Source: Camelus ferus
Taxonomy: Eukaryota
Assembly (NCBI RefSeq): GCF_009834535.1
Contig: NC_045707.1
Coordinates: 37,882,001-37,946,000 of the forward strand
DNA: 64,000 nt
Direction of reading: 5' to 3'
In this document: one piece after another, positions 13,055-24,680 of the stretch
Layout: the number at the start of each line of letters is the position of its first letter
Numbering within the stretch: position 1 is the stretch's first letter
The notes under the pieces: model-generated
The model's database searches: none
Told to the model about the DNA's origin: nothing
What the model saw: only the letters and a program-made list of their open reading frames with translations
Position numbers and translations under genes: made by a program

Positions 13055-13530
13055 ATGTTAGTTTTCTGGGGCTGCCATAACAAGGTACCAAAAACTTAGT
13101 GGCTTGAAAAACCGAAATTTACTGCCTTGCTATTCTGGAGGCTAGAAGTCCAAAATCAAGGTGTCAGCAGAGTTAGTCTCTCCTGGGGGACATGAGAGAG
13201 GATCTGCTCCGTGCCTCCAGCCTGGATTCTGATGGTTTGCTGGCAGTCTTCAGCATTCCTTGGCTTTAGAAGCATCGCCCCAGTCTTTGCCTTAGTGGTG
13301 TTCTCCCTGTGTGCATTTCTGGGTCCAAATTCCCCCTTTTTATAAGGACACCAGTTATACTGGATTAGGGGCCCACTCTGCTTCAGGATGATCTCATCTA
13401 AACTTAACAGATTACATCTGCAATGACGCTATTTTCAAATAAAGTCACATCCTGAGGTACTGGGGGTTAGGACTTCCACATATGAATTTGTGGAGTTGGG
13501 GGAAGGGGGGCACAATTCCAACACATAACC
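13055..13530 (-). mobile_element. MLT1C-like MaLR solo LTR, near full length
   Basis: TGTTAGTTTTCTGGGGCTGCCATAACAAGGTACC...GGAGGCTAGAAGTCCAAAATCAAGGTGTCAGCAG...ACAATTCCAACACATAAC. Confidence 0.85.
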
Positions 13531-13534
13531 ACCT

Positions 13535-13995
13535 CATAGTGGATGCTGTGCTGTGATTATCTTTTCAGGACCGAGGGGCTTATTCTCATAGCTGCCAGCC
13601 CTCAGCTATCAGCCCTTGCAGAGACTTGCCCTCAGCTGAAGAGAGTCTTCTGCTCCGAAGTCACACGCCTTCCAGGGATGGAGGGGTGGGACGCACAGAT
13701 CATATCCAATGACCAGTCTCTGTGTGTGTGTGTGTGCGTGTGCGTGTGCGTGTGCGTGTGTGTGTGTGTGTGTGTCTAAAGGCCCAACTCCATGACCTCA
13801 GTTTGGACAACTCCGAAAAGCCGTTGCAGCTACAGGGCACCACAAGGCATTGGCTGAGGCCTTGGCCGTGACTGCATCACAGCCTAACTCCTCCCTCTGC
13901 CCAGCTGAGCGTGTACCCTTTTCCACAAGTGTCATCCTGCCTGCTTACCTCCATTTCTGAGTCTCTTTCCAGGGAGGTCCAAACTGCCACACACC
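13535..13995 (+). mobile_element. LTR16-like ERVL solo LTR, split by a microsatellite
   Basis: GGCTGAGGCCTTGGCCGTGACTGCATCACAGCCTAACTCCTCCCTCTGCCCA matches the recalled LTR16 3' half. Confidence 0.7.
13721..13775. repeat. Compound (TG)n/(TGTGCG)n microsatellite
   Basis: 55 nt of uninterrupted purine/pyrimidine alternation containing four CG steps. Confidence 0.97.
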
Positions 13996-16769
13996 CTAAA
14001 GAACCCAAAGCAGAGAAGAATCCTGTGTCCCCGACCCCAGGGAGCTGCCCTCTCAGCCCTCTTTTGTATGCTGTGACCTGAGAAAGAAGCTCCCCCTCCA
14101 CTCAAGCCCATGCTGTTTGTGGCCTCTCTCACTGCGGCAGAAGCTGTCTCCTGAGCATGTGTTGAGGTGCAGGGGGTTTTGCACTGAGCTGGTGTTTATG
14201 TTCAAGGAGCTCTGACGACCTCTCCAGCCTGGGGTTTCCAGGATCCCCAGATTCTGTGAACACTGCATAGTGTTTGTGGCAGTGGTCCCCCAAGTCTGTG
14301 CATCACTAGGGAAACTAAAAAAATACTTGTTTGGGGGTTACATCCAGGACCTCTAAGGTCTTCGTGGTGGGGCCCAGATGGTTGTGATGCTGCCAGCTGG
14401 GCAGCTGTCTGCAAATGGCATTTGGGATGCACTAGAGTGGGGGAAATTCACTGAGCTTTGCTTAGGGGCTTAGTTCCAGCTCTGAATGTCTCTTTTCCCA
14501 GCTCTGTTGTTTTTTGGGCTTCAATTTCTCTGCTGTAACACAGGACTGAGTTGTTTGCAAGTCCCTTGCTCTGCCTACTTTCAAAAGTTGCGTGAGGCCA
14601 AATTGAACCCAGATGAAGGGCTTTGAAAGGTCAGTAGTGCTGTCTAAATATGCAAGGTGCGATGATCTTGATTGGTATTGACACTAAAAGTCTGTTTTTG
14701 GTCACAGGTTGTGCGAACCAGTGCTTGACAGATGGTGTTCCCATAATGCTCCCAGGAGGCTTGTTACTGGGGGATTTTCCACTGAATGTAGTTCTCTTTC
14801 AAAAGTTTTGTTTTGAAACCAGAGAGCCAGAGAGGAGCCCTGCTTAATCCCGGAGATGGGCTGCAACGCTGAGTGTGGGGCAGGCCCTTTATCTCAGCCA
14901 GGACCTTTGGGTGACCCGGGAAGAGAAGCTCTTTCAGCCCCTAAGACAGCTGGCCAGGGCTCACCAAATGTGAGCCGCAGGCTTACTGCGGTTCCCAGAA
15001 GCCTCTCTGCCTCTGTCTTGATTTGTATTCTTTTGGGGCAGGGGTGTGTGAAGGACAGGGGGAGGGGAAGGGAGGGAAGGGAGAGGGAGATCACAGCACA
15101 CTGGAGCTGGAGGGGAACTTGGAGCCATCTAATCCAGCCTCTTCCTATTGCCAGTTATGACACAAGGCTCAGAGAGATTTGTCTTGCCTAACATCACACA
15201 GCAAATCAGGAGACAGCTGGGTGCAGAACACAGGATTTTAAACTTTCAAGCCTGGGGCTGTTTACCACCCACAGAGGCTGTTGACTGCTGCTTTCTGGAA
15301 GGTTCAGCAGACTTGGGGAGTGGGGTGGAGGGTGGACTCATTTGCTGGGACCCAATTTCCCATCTAATAGCTGGTTCCTCCCTCTGAGTGTTGCTAGATC
15401 TTCTCAGAAGCAGCCATGGGCAGTGACCCGACAGGCCCTGGTTGACCCTACTTTGACATGCAGAAGAAAGTTGATTATGGTCTAGTGCAAGGGCAGGGTG
15501 ACACTCGCTGCCTGACACGCCATTAAAGGCACTCTTCGGGGCTGCCTTTCTACAATGCCTCTATTTGGAATGTAAATACCCCTGGGAGCGGCAACACTTT
15601 TCCACACCTGACCTGCTGTTGTTGCCAGAGAGCGCCTCCGATGTCAGAGCAGGTCCTGAGAGAGGGGACCGAACTGGACACATGTAGGGTGGGGGTGGGG
15701 TGGCAGGGAGAATACGGAAGTGAGGACCTGGGTCATAGGAAACTCCTTTTTCTCACTGCATGACTCCAGGGAGGGCTGGTGGGCTCTGTGGGCGCAGCCC
15801 CTCCTGGCATTTGCCCTTCTTGCCCAAAGATCTTGACCTGACTCCTAGGTTGCCTGGGAAGTCCGGGCTGTCCTCAGAATTGGGTCCCTCTTTGACTCTT
15901 CTCACAGATGGGGAGCAAGAGATTTGGGGGAGGCACCACACCTGAGCTCAAGGGCTACTTGGGGGGCAAGGGCCCTGGGAGAGGGCTAGCTGGTGCTTCT
16001 GGCCATTTTGGGGGCATAGAAGGGCTCTTAAGGGCCTTTACTGTGCTCATGGCCTCATAGTAGCCTTGGTGGGAAAGGAGGGGTGGGTTCAGAGCTCCCT
16101 GATGGCCATGAGAGGGCTTGAGGAAGTGTCTTTGCAAAGGTGGGGGAGGCCCCCCTCTTGCTAGTGTGATTTCAGGGGAAAGAGAGGAAGCCTTGACTCA
16201 AGTATATCTCCCCGCCCTCATCGGCTCTGCCTTCTCACCAATGGAGTCAAGACTTGATGAGACAACAGCAAGGTTCTCATTCCCTTCTAGAAATGCTGAG
16301 TCCTTAATCACTAACCAGAAAAACAGACAAATATCCTTACCAAGATTCAAGTCACTTCCAAAGAGACTGGCTTCATTCCCTCAAGAAGAATAAGAGGCTT
16401 CCCTGGCACTTTGTTGTAGTCATTGAACACTTCTTTGAAACGTTCTAATTTGGGGATACACAGTAGTCATTTCTTGGCAGAGCATGATTTATCTCAGGGT
16501 TTGAGAGCTAGTAGGTTAAATCCCTGGGAGACTGGAATGAAATACCTGTTTGCCTATTTGGCTTATTTTCATAAAGTATTTGGAGCCATCGTGGTCTCTT
16601 CTCATCTTGCAGACCATATGACCAGTCTTTGGCATGAGAACAAAAAGGAAAAGGCAGTACTGGGGTCTTTGACTTAATTGATGAGGTTGTTGCCTCACTC
16701 TGTTCTTATGAGAGTCTGTGCATGGTTCTTGCAATTTTCACTACCATCCTATGCATGTCAGTGTTGCCA

Positions 16770-17195
16770 ATTGTATTAGTTAGCCTTTGCTGTGTAATAA
16801 ATGACTCTAAAACTTAGTGCCTTAAAACAACAGCCATTTATTTAGCTCATTACACTGTGTGTGACTGACTGTTTCTCTGATCTGGACCAGGTATGACTTA
16901 TGCCTACTGGATTCATACATCTGTGGTCAGCTGCAAGATGGCTGGGTGGCTGGCTGGTCTAGGATGGCCTCATGTGGGTTGGCTTATCTCTGCTCCATGT
17001 GGCCTCCCACCCTCCAACAGGCTGACCCAGTCTAGGCTTGTTCTGTGGCAACTGTCCAAGGCCTCAAGAGACAGAGTAGAAGTAGATAAAGGTCCATTGA
17101 GGTCCAGACTTGGAACTGGTTGGATGTCACTTCCACTGCATTTTATTGGTCACACTGAGCCCAGGTTCAAAGATTGGGGAAACTGATACAAGGAG
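16770..17195 (-). mobile_element. MLT1 (G/H-like) MaLR solo LTR
   Basis: TGTATTAGTTAGCCTTTGCTGTGTAATAAATGACTCTAAAACTTAGTGCCTTAAAACAAC...CACTTCCACTGCATTTTATTGGTC. Confidence 0.8.
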
Positions 17196-17329
17196 GAGAA
17201 TGATGGTAGGCCATTTTTTGCACAATCTATCATTCTAACTTTACAAGTTTGCTATCATCTGGGACATCGTGTGAATGGGAGAAATAAAGAAACAGCACAT
17301 AGTACAGTGCTTGCCATCAGTCATGCTCA

Positions 17330-17570
17330 GGAAATGTTGAATAAATAAATAAAAGCATTTTATTAGGCAGAGAACATAAAAGTAAGAATAAGATGCAGTC
17401 CTCACCCTCAAGAATCTCAGTGCCAAGAGGGAAGACAGATGCATAAACAGATCACCCTAATACAGCATGGTGAAGGTGGCCTTAGCAGTTTAGATGGAGT
17501 ATTGCAGACAGTAAGAAGACACAGACTCCCCTCGTCCAGCCTAGGAGTAGGGTGGAGTGTAGGGAAGCCA
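17330..17570 (-). mobile_element. L2 3' fragment
   Basis: AATAAGATGCAGTCCTCACCCTCAAGAATCTCAG, an antisense L2 signature. Confidence 0.7.
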
Positions 17571-18549
17571 AAGGCAGGAAATAAACACGATTTATTTTGG
17601 ATTTATGTGTTTTAATGTATTAAAAAATAGTCTCATTCCTTTATAGTTACACACCTGGGCTTTAGCTCAGCTTAGTTCAATATTTACTTAGCACCAACTG
17701 CATCAAGCACAGTAATAGCAGTAGTGATGCACAGTGAAAAGGAGACCCAGACCCTGCCCAGTCTAGAGGGGAGAACAAATAGATGAACAGGTAACTCTGA
17801 CAGGGTGCTTGTTAATGGGGACTATTCCGGATACTGCTAAAGCAGCGCGGATGTATTTTGTGGGGTCCACCGTTTCTGCAACTCTGTTGTCTGTAGGTTT
17901 CACACAGGAGGCCAGAACCACGGTGAAGGCTGGGCTCTACAAATCCAGGAAGACACCCTTAGAGCACGAGCTCACCCCGCCAACATCGCCACATGGCACG
18001 CATTTGTGAAAGTGATGGGAAGTTCTTCACATGCACTGATGTTTCTTAAGCTCATCTGGGTGTGCTTGAAATTCTATAATTAGAGTTTCATCCTTTTGAC
18101 TAAAGTCAAACAATCTGTGCCTTGTTAAGTATTTTCCTTGGAGAGTGAACCTTTACACTTACTGGCTGCAAAAGTGATGTTCTCATATTCCTTCCTCTGA
18201 CTGGCTGCCTTTGGTAACCCAGTGAGACAGGTTTGATGATTATAGCTGTTTAATTGATGAGGAAACAGAGGCCCAAACAGAAGCCAAAATTTAAACCCTT
18301 GGCTTAAACTCCAGATTTCTATGGGTGATGTGGGCTCTTGGGTCTCACGCTGCTCATGTGAAAACTGACAAAATATTGCAATAGCACCTCTCTTGGATGT
18401 TTTCAGGAAGACTGTATGAAGCATGCTGCTCTTTGCTTGTTAGTTCCTTCACTCACATTTAGCAAGTGGTTCTTCATAGTTCTCATCTGAAGGGCAAGGG
18501 GCTACCAAGATGTATGAGGAGAAATTACTACTCCAACAGTAAAACGTAA

Positions 18550-18760
18550 AAATACCTCCCTTTAATTGAGCCCTTGTTATGTGTCAGATGCAAGACATAC
18601 TTCAATATAATCCTCCCCAAGTTTTATTTGTTAGGTATTGTTCCCATTTTCTAGATGCAGAAACTGAGGCCCAGAGAAATCAAGCAGTTTGCCCAAGGTC
18701 ACACAGCTAGCAACAGAGGGAGCTGGGATTTAACTCAAATGCAGAGCTTTTGCTCTCCAT
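18550..18760 (-). mobile_element. MIR SINE
   Basis: CCCATTTTCTAGATGCAGAAACTGAGGCCCAGAGA...TTTGCCCAAGGTCACACAGCTAG. Confidence 0.85.
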
Positions 18761-19729
18761 ATACGTGGCTTCTGCTATGTTGGACTTCCTCTGTGCTTTG
18801 TTCCCTTTGACTTTGGCTGGGCTTGTTTTAGGTAGATGCAGCTGGCTACTAAGGAGCTACACGGTTAAGTGAAGTGCTGAGCCAGCAGAAAGGTCCAGGA
18901 CCCAAGTAATTTGGTGAGAGCTGCTGGGACATTTTAGGAGATCCAAACTCTCTGGATAATTGCTATATCTTGCTGTGGGTGCTTGTAGGTGGAGCAGGCA
19001 GCTCACTGGCTCCTGCCTCACAGCAGACCTTGTCTCTCTTCCCTAACGGCCTGGGGGACTGCCCACGGTCCATTCTTTGTCAATGTGGGGACAAGTCCCT
19101 TGGGCCAGAGTCCACTCATTACCCACCATGTCTGATGGGAGAGGCTGGCTCTGCCGCTGAAGAGAAAGCCCGCTGTTATGGGAGAAGGCTGGTGAGAAGC
19201 AGAGGGCGAGGCTGGAAGGGGGGCTGACTGCTGGGTGAAAACACCCCAGGGACATATTAATTTGCCCAAATGCCCTTCCAGCACAATGAAGATGCAGAGA
19301 ATCCAGTCAGCTGCCCTTTTAAAAGAACATCGAGGTGGCTGCTCTTCTCGAAAGAGCAGGAGGCCAAGCTGAAGCCAGACCCAGGTTCCTGGTCCTGTCC
19401 TTTCTCTGGCTCCTTCTACTCCAATCTGGAGGCTGAAAGCTCCGTGCAGTCCATCCCATTATAAAAAAGGACCTCAAGACCCTGCAACTGACCACATAGG
19501 AAGTATTTTACAAGTGGCTTTCACAAACTTGCTTCCCCCCCCCAGGGCCTTTTTTTTTTTTTTCTATTTTGACAATGTATCTATGATAAAGAGTATTGTT
19601 ATCTCCCATTTTACAGATCACACAGTTAGTGGCAGACCTGGTCCCCTGACTCTGTGTTCTATTCTCTTTCCATCACATCACTTCTCCCTGGGTTCCTCAA
19701 GTTCTCCGAGTCTCTGTCTTAGGAGCTGG

Positions 19730-20022
19730 TCATTTTTCCTGCCAGACAGTAAATATTTTAGGCTTTGATGATCATACGGTCTCTGTTAAAATTACTCAGT
19801 TCTGCTCTTGTAGCTCAAAAGCAGCCACACACATACATAAATAAATGGGCATGGCTGTGTTTCAATTAGTCTTTATGGCATTTATCAGAATTCCATATAA
19901 GTTGCAGATATCATAAAATATTATTCTTATTTGATTTTCCCAATTACTTAATAACATGGAAACCAGTCTTAGCTTGTGTAAGGCACAAAAACAGGTGGTG
20001 GGCCACAGTGTTCGGGCCCCTG
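19730..20022 (+). mobile_element. MER58B-like hAT-Charlie element
   Basis: CCAGACAGTAAATATTTTAGGCTTTG...AAAAGCAGCCAC...AATGGGCATGGCTGTGTTTCAAT...CAAAAACAGGTGGTGGGCC. Confidence 0.8.
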
Positions 20023-20924
20023 CTCTACCTTTGTTTGTGAAACTGGGGAGCAGTCATGCCTCTGAGACTTGGAGTGGATTAAATGATGTCATACAGGTAA
20101 TGCGCTGTGCACAGACGGCATCATCACCCTTACATCACGCTGGAAGAGTCTGGCCTTCCCTAGGCTTCAGCTTCCCTGTCTGTAACAAGGGAAGGGTTGG
20201 CCACTTGCAGCCCTTCCCATGGATTTCTGCCAACCTGCTTCTTGATAAAGAGCTTTGACTGCCTGGCTCCTCCTGGTCCTGAGGACATCCATGTCCTTGG
20301 ATCTTCCCCGAATTTCTCCACGCCACTTCCATTTTTGCCATTTTTTTCCTCTCAGTCCCGGTCATCAGATATTTTGTGCCTTGGCTCGCTCGGAAGGGGA
20401 CTAGATTCTTATGCCTGTTTCATAGAGATTTTAGTGGGCACAGAACCAGCCACTTGGTGGTGCTGTGAGAAAAGGCTTTTTCTCATAAAGCCACCTGGAA
20501 GCTTCTCCCAGAGAACTTCAGGTTTAAAGGGAGAAATGGCGCTTCGGGGTTGGGGGAGAAGAGGTGTGGCTCATAGCTGTGCATGTGTTTCCTCCAAATG
20601 CATGTGCATTTGTCCACGTTCTGGTAATTTCGGCACTTGGGGCTCTGAGTTCAGGGGTTTCAGGAATCCTGAGTGGGATGCTTGCATGGGAGAAGCCAGG
20701 GACAGACTTGGCGAGGCTCCCAACTCATCCAAATTTCTGGAAGTTTCCCAGATGCCCCCTTCTGTCTTGCTGGGGAGAGTCAGTCTTGCTTCTCCCCATA
20801 CATAACATGCAATTCTTTTTGGAGCCATTAGACATGCAGTCAAATGGCCTTTATCTTTCAGTGAGCTGACTTTGTGACTTTCATAGAACTGCTGTTTGCG
20901 CGATGTGACGTTGCTTGGATACTA

Positions 20925-21120
20925 GCCGCGGTGTAGCCAGAATACCTGAGCTTGAGTCCTGGCTCCCTGTTTGTGAGCCGTGAGAGCTTAGATAAAGTAC
21001 TCAATCTCTTAGGACGGCGAATGAAAGGTGGGGAAAATAAAAATCTCTAGTCCCAAGTAAAACATCATTATGAGAATGAAAAGAAACCTTTTGTGTGAAG
21101 GCATTGTGTAAACTGTAAAG
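20925..21120 (+). mobile_element. MIR SINE
   Basis: AGCCAGAATACCTGAGCTTGAGTCCTGGCTCC...GCATTGTGTAAACTGTAAAG. Confidence 0.6.
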
Positions 21121-21124
21121 CAAG

Positions 21125-21256
21125 ATACCAGTGGAAGGTATTAGAAACTTCCTGAGGGCAGAGGACTCTATTCTGTTACTCTGTATCCCCAGTCCTGGCA
21201 CAATGACTGCCTCTTATGGATGCTCAAGTAACATTTGTTGCATGAATGAATGAATC
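21125..21256 (+). mobile_element. L2 3' end
   Basis: TTCCTGAGGGCAGAGGAC...TGTATCCCCAGTCCTGGCACA...TTTGTTGCATGAATGAATGAAT. Confidence 0.8.
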
Positions 21257-21859
21257 AGGTGGAGGCAGAGCATCATGAAGGGAAGGGGAGATTGGAAATC
21301 TGTCTGGTAAATTAAGTGTTTCAAAGGATGAGCCTGGGCAGGGAGTGGGAGTAGCAGACCCTTGAGAAGAATGTGGGGCGCATGCCTCATCTGGGAAGGC
21401 AGCTAATGCATCCCTCACCAGCTGGCTGCCTTGGCAGCCTGGCTCCAGTGGGGACCGGCTGCCAGGCGCTGGGCCATCTGAGGCCTGGGTGACTGCTCTA
21501 GTGCAGGTGGGCCAAATGCTTCTGTTGTCACAGGCAGGCTGGTGACACGCCTGGAATGCTCTCCCTCTTGTGCCTGCTTTTAAAGCCCAAGTCCCTGGTG
21601 ACAGTAAACATAAAGGATGCAGGGGCCTGACACTGAGCTGTCCTGGATCTTGCCAGGGCAGGGTCGAGGGACCCGTATCCCATAGTTAGAAATACTAATA
21701 AAAACAGGACAGGTAAATATAGGCAATTATGTAGGATATCTAGATCTCAAGACTACTTTTCCCTGATCTAATTTTTTTGTTATTGTTGTTTGGGACAGAA
21801 TTCCTTGGGAAATTGTAATTGCTTTACATGGTTGTTACAACTTATAAAATAAGTCTAAT

Positions 21860-22090
21860 AATATTTTTTCGAGTGCCTATCACAAGCCTATGTAGGTACT
21901 ATGTTAAACACTTAATAGACATTATCTTCTTTAGTCCTAGAAGGTAAGGATGAACCTTGTAGGATCATATCACACAATTCTGTAAGGTAAGTATTAATAC
22001 AGTTCCCATTTTACAGATTAGAGAACTGAAGTTTAATCTCTAATTACTTACTGGGGTCAGAGACCTAGCAGATGGAAGAGCTAGAATGCA
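21860..22090 (-). mobile_element. MIR SINE
   Basis: CCCATTTTACAGATTAGAGAACTGAAGTTTAA core. Confidence 0.65.
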
Positions 22091-22094
22091 AACT

Positions 22095-22410
22095 ACTTAT
22101 CCACATATTCATTCAGCCAACAAATAATTATTGAGCACTTATTTTCTACCAGGTACTGGGGATTCATGAGTGAATAATTACAGATAAGAATCTCTGCCTT
22201 GTCCAGACAGACACAACAAAGTAGACTATCTATTACACGATAGTTAATGCAATAGTGAAGAAAAAAGGGGGTCAGGAGCACTGGTGGTGAGATGGGGGAG
22301 GAGAAGGTGGGCTGCAATTTTAAACAGGATGGTCAGGAAAGACCCCACTGGCAAGGTGACATCTGAGCAAAGAGTTAAAGGGGCTAGGTTGCTGAGCTGC
22401 ATGGACATGG
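22095..22410 (-). mobile_element. L2 3' fragment
   Basis: ATTCATTCAGCCAACAAATAATTATTGAGCACTTATTTTCTACCAGGTACTGGGGATTCA...GGTGACATCTGAGCAAAGA. Confidence 0.85.
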
Positions 22411-22590
22411 GGGAGAGAGTAGAACTTGAATGCTTTGAACTTTGCCCAGTGGGGCAGATTGAAAAAGTGGAGTCCAAGGAAGATTTCAATGGATTCATCT
22501 TTACCTTAAGTTCATTCTTTCTTTCCTGGAGTGTGCATTTCCAGAGTAAGAAACAGAAGGGTAAACTAGAGAGGAAGTAAAGGTAGTAAA

Positions 22591-22634
22591 ATCCATCCAT
22601 CCATCCGTCCATCCGTCCACCCGTCCATCTGTCC
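22591..22634. repeat. Imperfect (CCAT/CCGT)n tetranucleotide repeat
   Basis: Seen directly. Confidence 0.9.
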
Positions 22635-22869
22635 AATGTTTATATGGCAACCATTACAAGCCAGATCTATACTTCCATTAGAAAGAAGACTAAGCTCCAT
22701 CTCTGTACGGCTGGGGACATGTGGCTGGGGAAGTAAAATTTTAATATTATGCAATAAACTGAAACTTAAATTTGAAAACCTTGGAGCAGTGGAAAATATT
22801 TTCTCGTCAAATACAACTTTATTGTTTTGCTAGGGTTGCATTTCAGTTTAACCACTGAAAACTTAGCTC

Positions 22870-23140
22870 CGAATTGAGATTTACTCTAAGTGTAAATTGC
22901 ACAAGAGGTTTTTTGAAGACTTAGTACAAAAAGAATGTAAAATTGCTTAGCAATGAGTTTTTATATTGATTACATATTGATTGCACATTGAAATGATAAT
23001 ATTTTGGATATACTAGGTTAAGTAAAATACGTTATTAACATTAATTTCTCTTATTTTTTAGCTCATTTTTAATGTGGCTGCTAGAGAAATTTAAATGATA
23101 TACATGGCTCACATTATATTTCTATTGGATGGTGTTGTTC
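22870..23140 (+). mobile_element. MER33 (hAT-Charlie)
   Basis: GAAGACTTAGTACAAAAAGAATGTAAAA...TTGAAATGATAATATTTTGGATATA...ATTATATTTCTATTGGA. Confidence 0.85.
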
Positions 23141-23144
23141 TAGA

Positions 23145-24010
23145 CTGACTATTCTGGAGCTCTCAGGGAACTGGGCAGAGCTGGGCACATAATCAAACAA
23201 TTGTGATGCCACGAAGTAAGTGCTATGATAGACCCAGGAAGTGAGTGCTCTGAGGACAGAGAACTGAGCCTTTGGTTCCGTCTGGCACAGGATCAGAGGT
23301 GGGGTGATGTCATAAGCTAGGTCTCTGAGGGGAGGAGGAGTTTGCCATCTGGAGGACAGGGAAGGGGGTGTCCTGGGTATTGGGCATAGCACATGCAAAG
23401 GTGGAGAGACATGAAACAATGAGAACTGTCCCTGGCACGATGAGCCCTTAGTGGGAGGAGGTGGTGTGGATACCAATCAGAGAGTTAGACCACGCAGAGA
23501 AAGGAAAGCAGAGCCTTACTTAACAAGAGAAAGATGCATTTGCTGGGCAGCTGTGTGCCAGCCACTATGCCAGATGCTTTTCCCTCTATCAGCTCATTCG
23601 TTGACCCCACATACACTTGTCGAGTATCAACTATGTGCTGGGTATTATTCTGGGCGCTGAATATACAGAGGGAACAAGACAAAGTACCTGCCCTCAAGGA
23701 ACTGACATGCAGGTAGTAATATCCAGGGCAAGAAGGAAAGAGAAGAAACCAAGTTCAGAGAGATCAAGTCACTTGGGTAAAGTCACACAGCTGGTGATCA
23801 GTAGGACCAGGATTCTAATCCAGTTCTTGCTGATGCTAATTCTCATTACCGTATCAAGCTGCTCTGTGTGTCAGGCTAAGGAGTTTAAACTTGGTTCCAA
23901 AGGCCACAGGAGATCAGTAGAATCTTGGAGGAGGGAGATACAGGGTCAGGTAGATGTATGTTTTAGGAATGAAGTATGGTGACCACGTGGAGGAAAGATG
24001 GCACTGAGAC
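23145..24010 (-). mobile_element. Fragmented L2 pieces with an interspersed MIR
   Basis: Antisense L2 signatures such as GGCATAGCACATGCAAAGG and AAAGTACCTGCCCTCAAGGAACTGAC; MIR core near 23750-23830. Confidence 0.65.
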
Positions 24011-24109
24011 TGTAATTCTTGTAGGTGCCTCTCCTCAGCCTTTGTCAGAGACCCCTCCCCTCCCCTCCGCAGATCACTTCCCTCTTTCCTCAATTCTATT
24101 TTCAGTACG

Positions 24110-24680
24110 GTGGTTAGAGGGAGACTTTCAAACCAAAGTCTGATTATTCACTGCTGTAATCAGAATTGGCCAGTGATTTCCTGCCTGACTCAGAATAAAA
24201 CCCACCCAATGTTCTCACATCACTCTACACAGTCCTGCAGGGTTGGGCCCCCTGTTAACTCTCTGGCCTCAACTCATACTACTCTCCTATTTCATTCCAC
24301 TCACAGTGACCTCCTCATCATTTCATCAACATGCCAAGAATATTGCTGCCTCGGGGCCTTTGCACTTACTAGACCCTATGCCTTGGAGGCTCGTCCCCCA
24401 GGTATCCATATTGTCCCCCAGATTCCAGGACTGTAGATTCTCTCGCTTCCTTGGAGCCACTGCTTAAATGTCACTTTATCAGAAAGTCTTTTCCTTACCA
24501 TCATTCTCCACCTCCTTAGCCTGCCTTAATCTTCCTGGAACCCTTACCATTACCTAACCTTTATTTGTCTCTCTGTAAACCTAATGAGGGTAGGAACTTT
24601 GTTTTTGTTCACTTCTGTATCTCCAGTACCTAGAATCATGATCGGTAAGCACTTAGCTAATACGACTGAGTACATTCAGC
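24110..24680 (+). mobile_element. L2a 3' region
   Basis: ACTCAGAATAAAACCCA...GCCTCGGGGCCTTTGCACTT...AAATGTCACTTTATCAGAAAG...TGTATCTCCAGTACCTAGAA. Confidence 0.85.

Noticed and set aside
13721-13779. Poly-(CV) peptide in ORF 13543-13779
   Set aside because: Translation of a (TG)n microsatellite.
20197-20805. 202-aa + strand ORF
   Set aside because: No recognisable motif, Cys/Trp/Ser-rich noise composition, no splice structure; a few such ORFs are expected in 64 kb across six frames.
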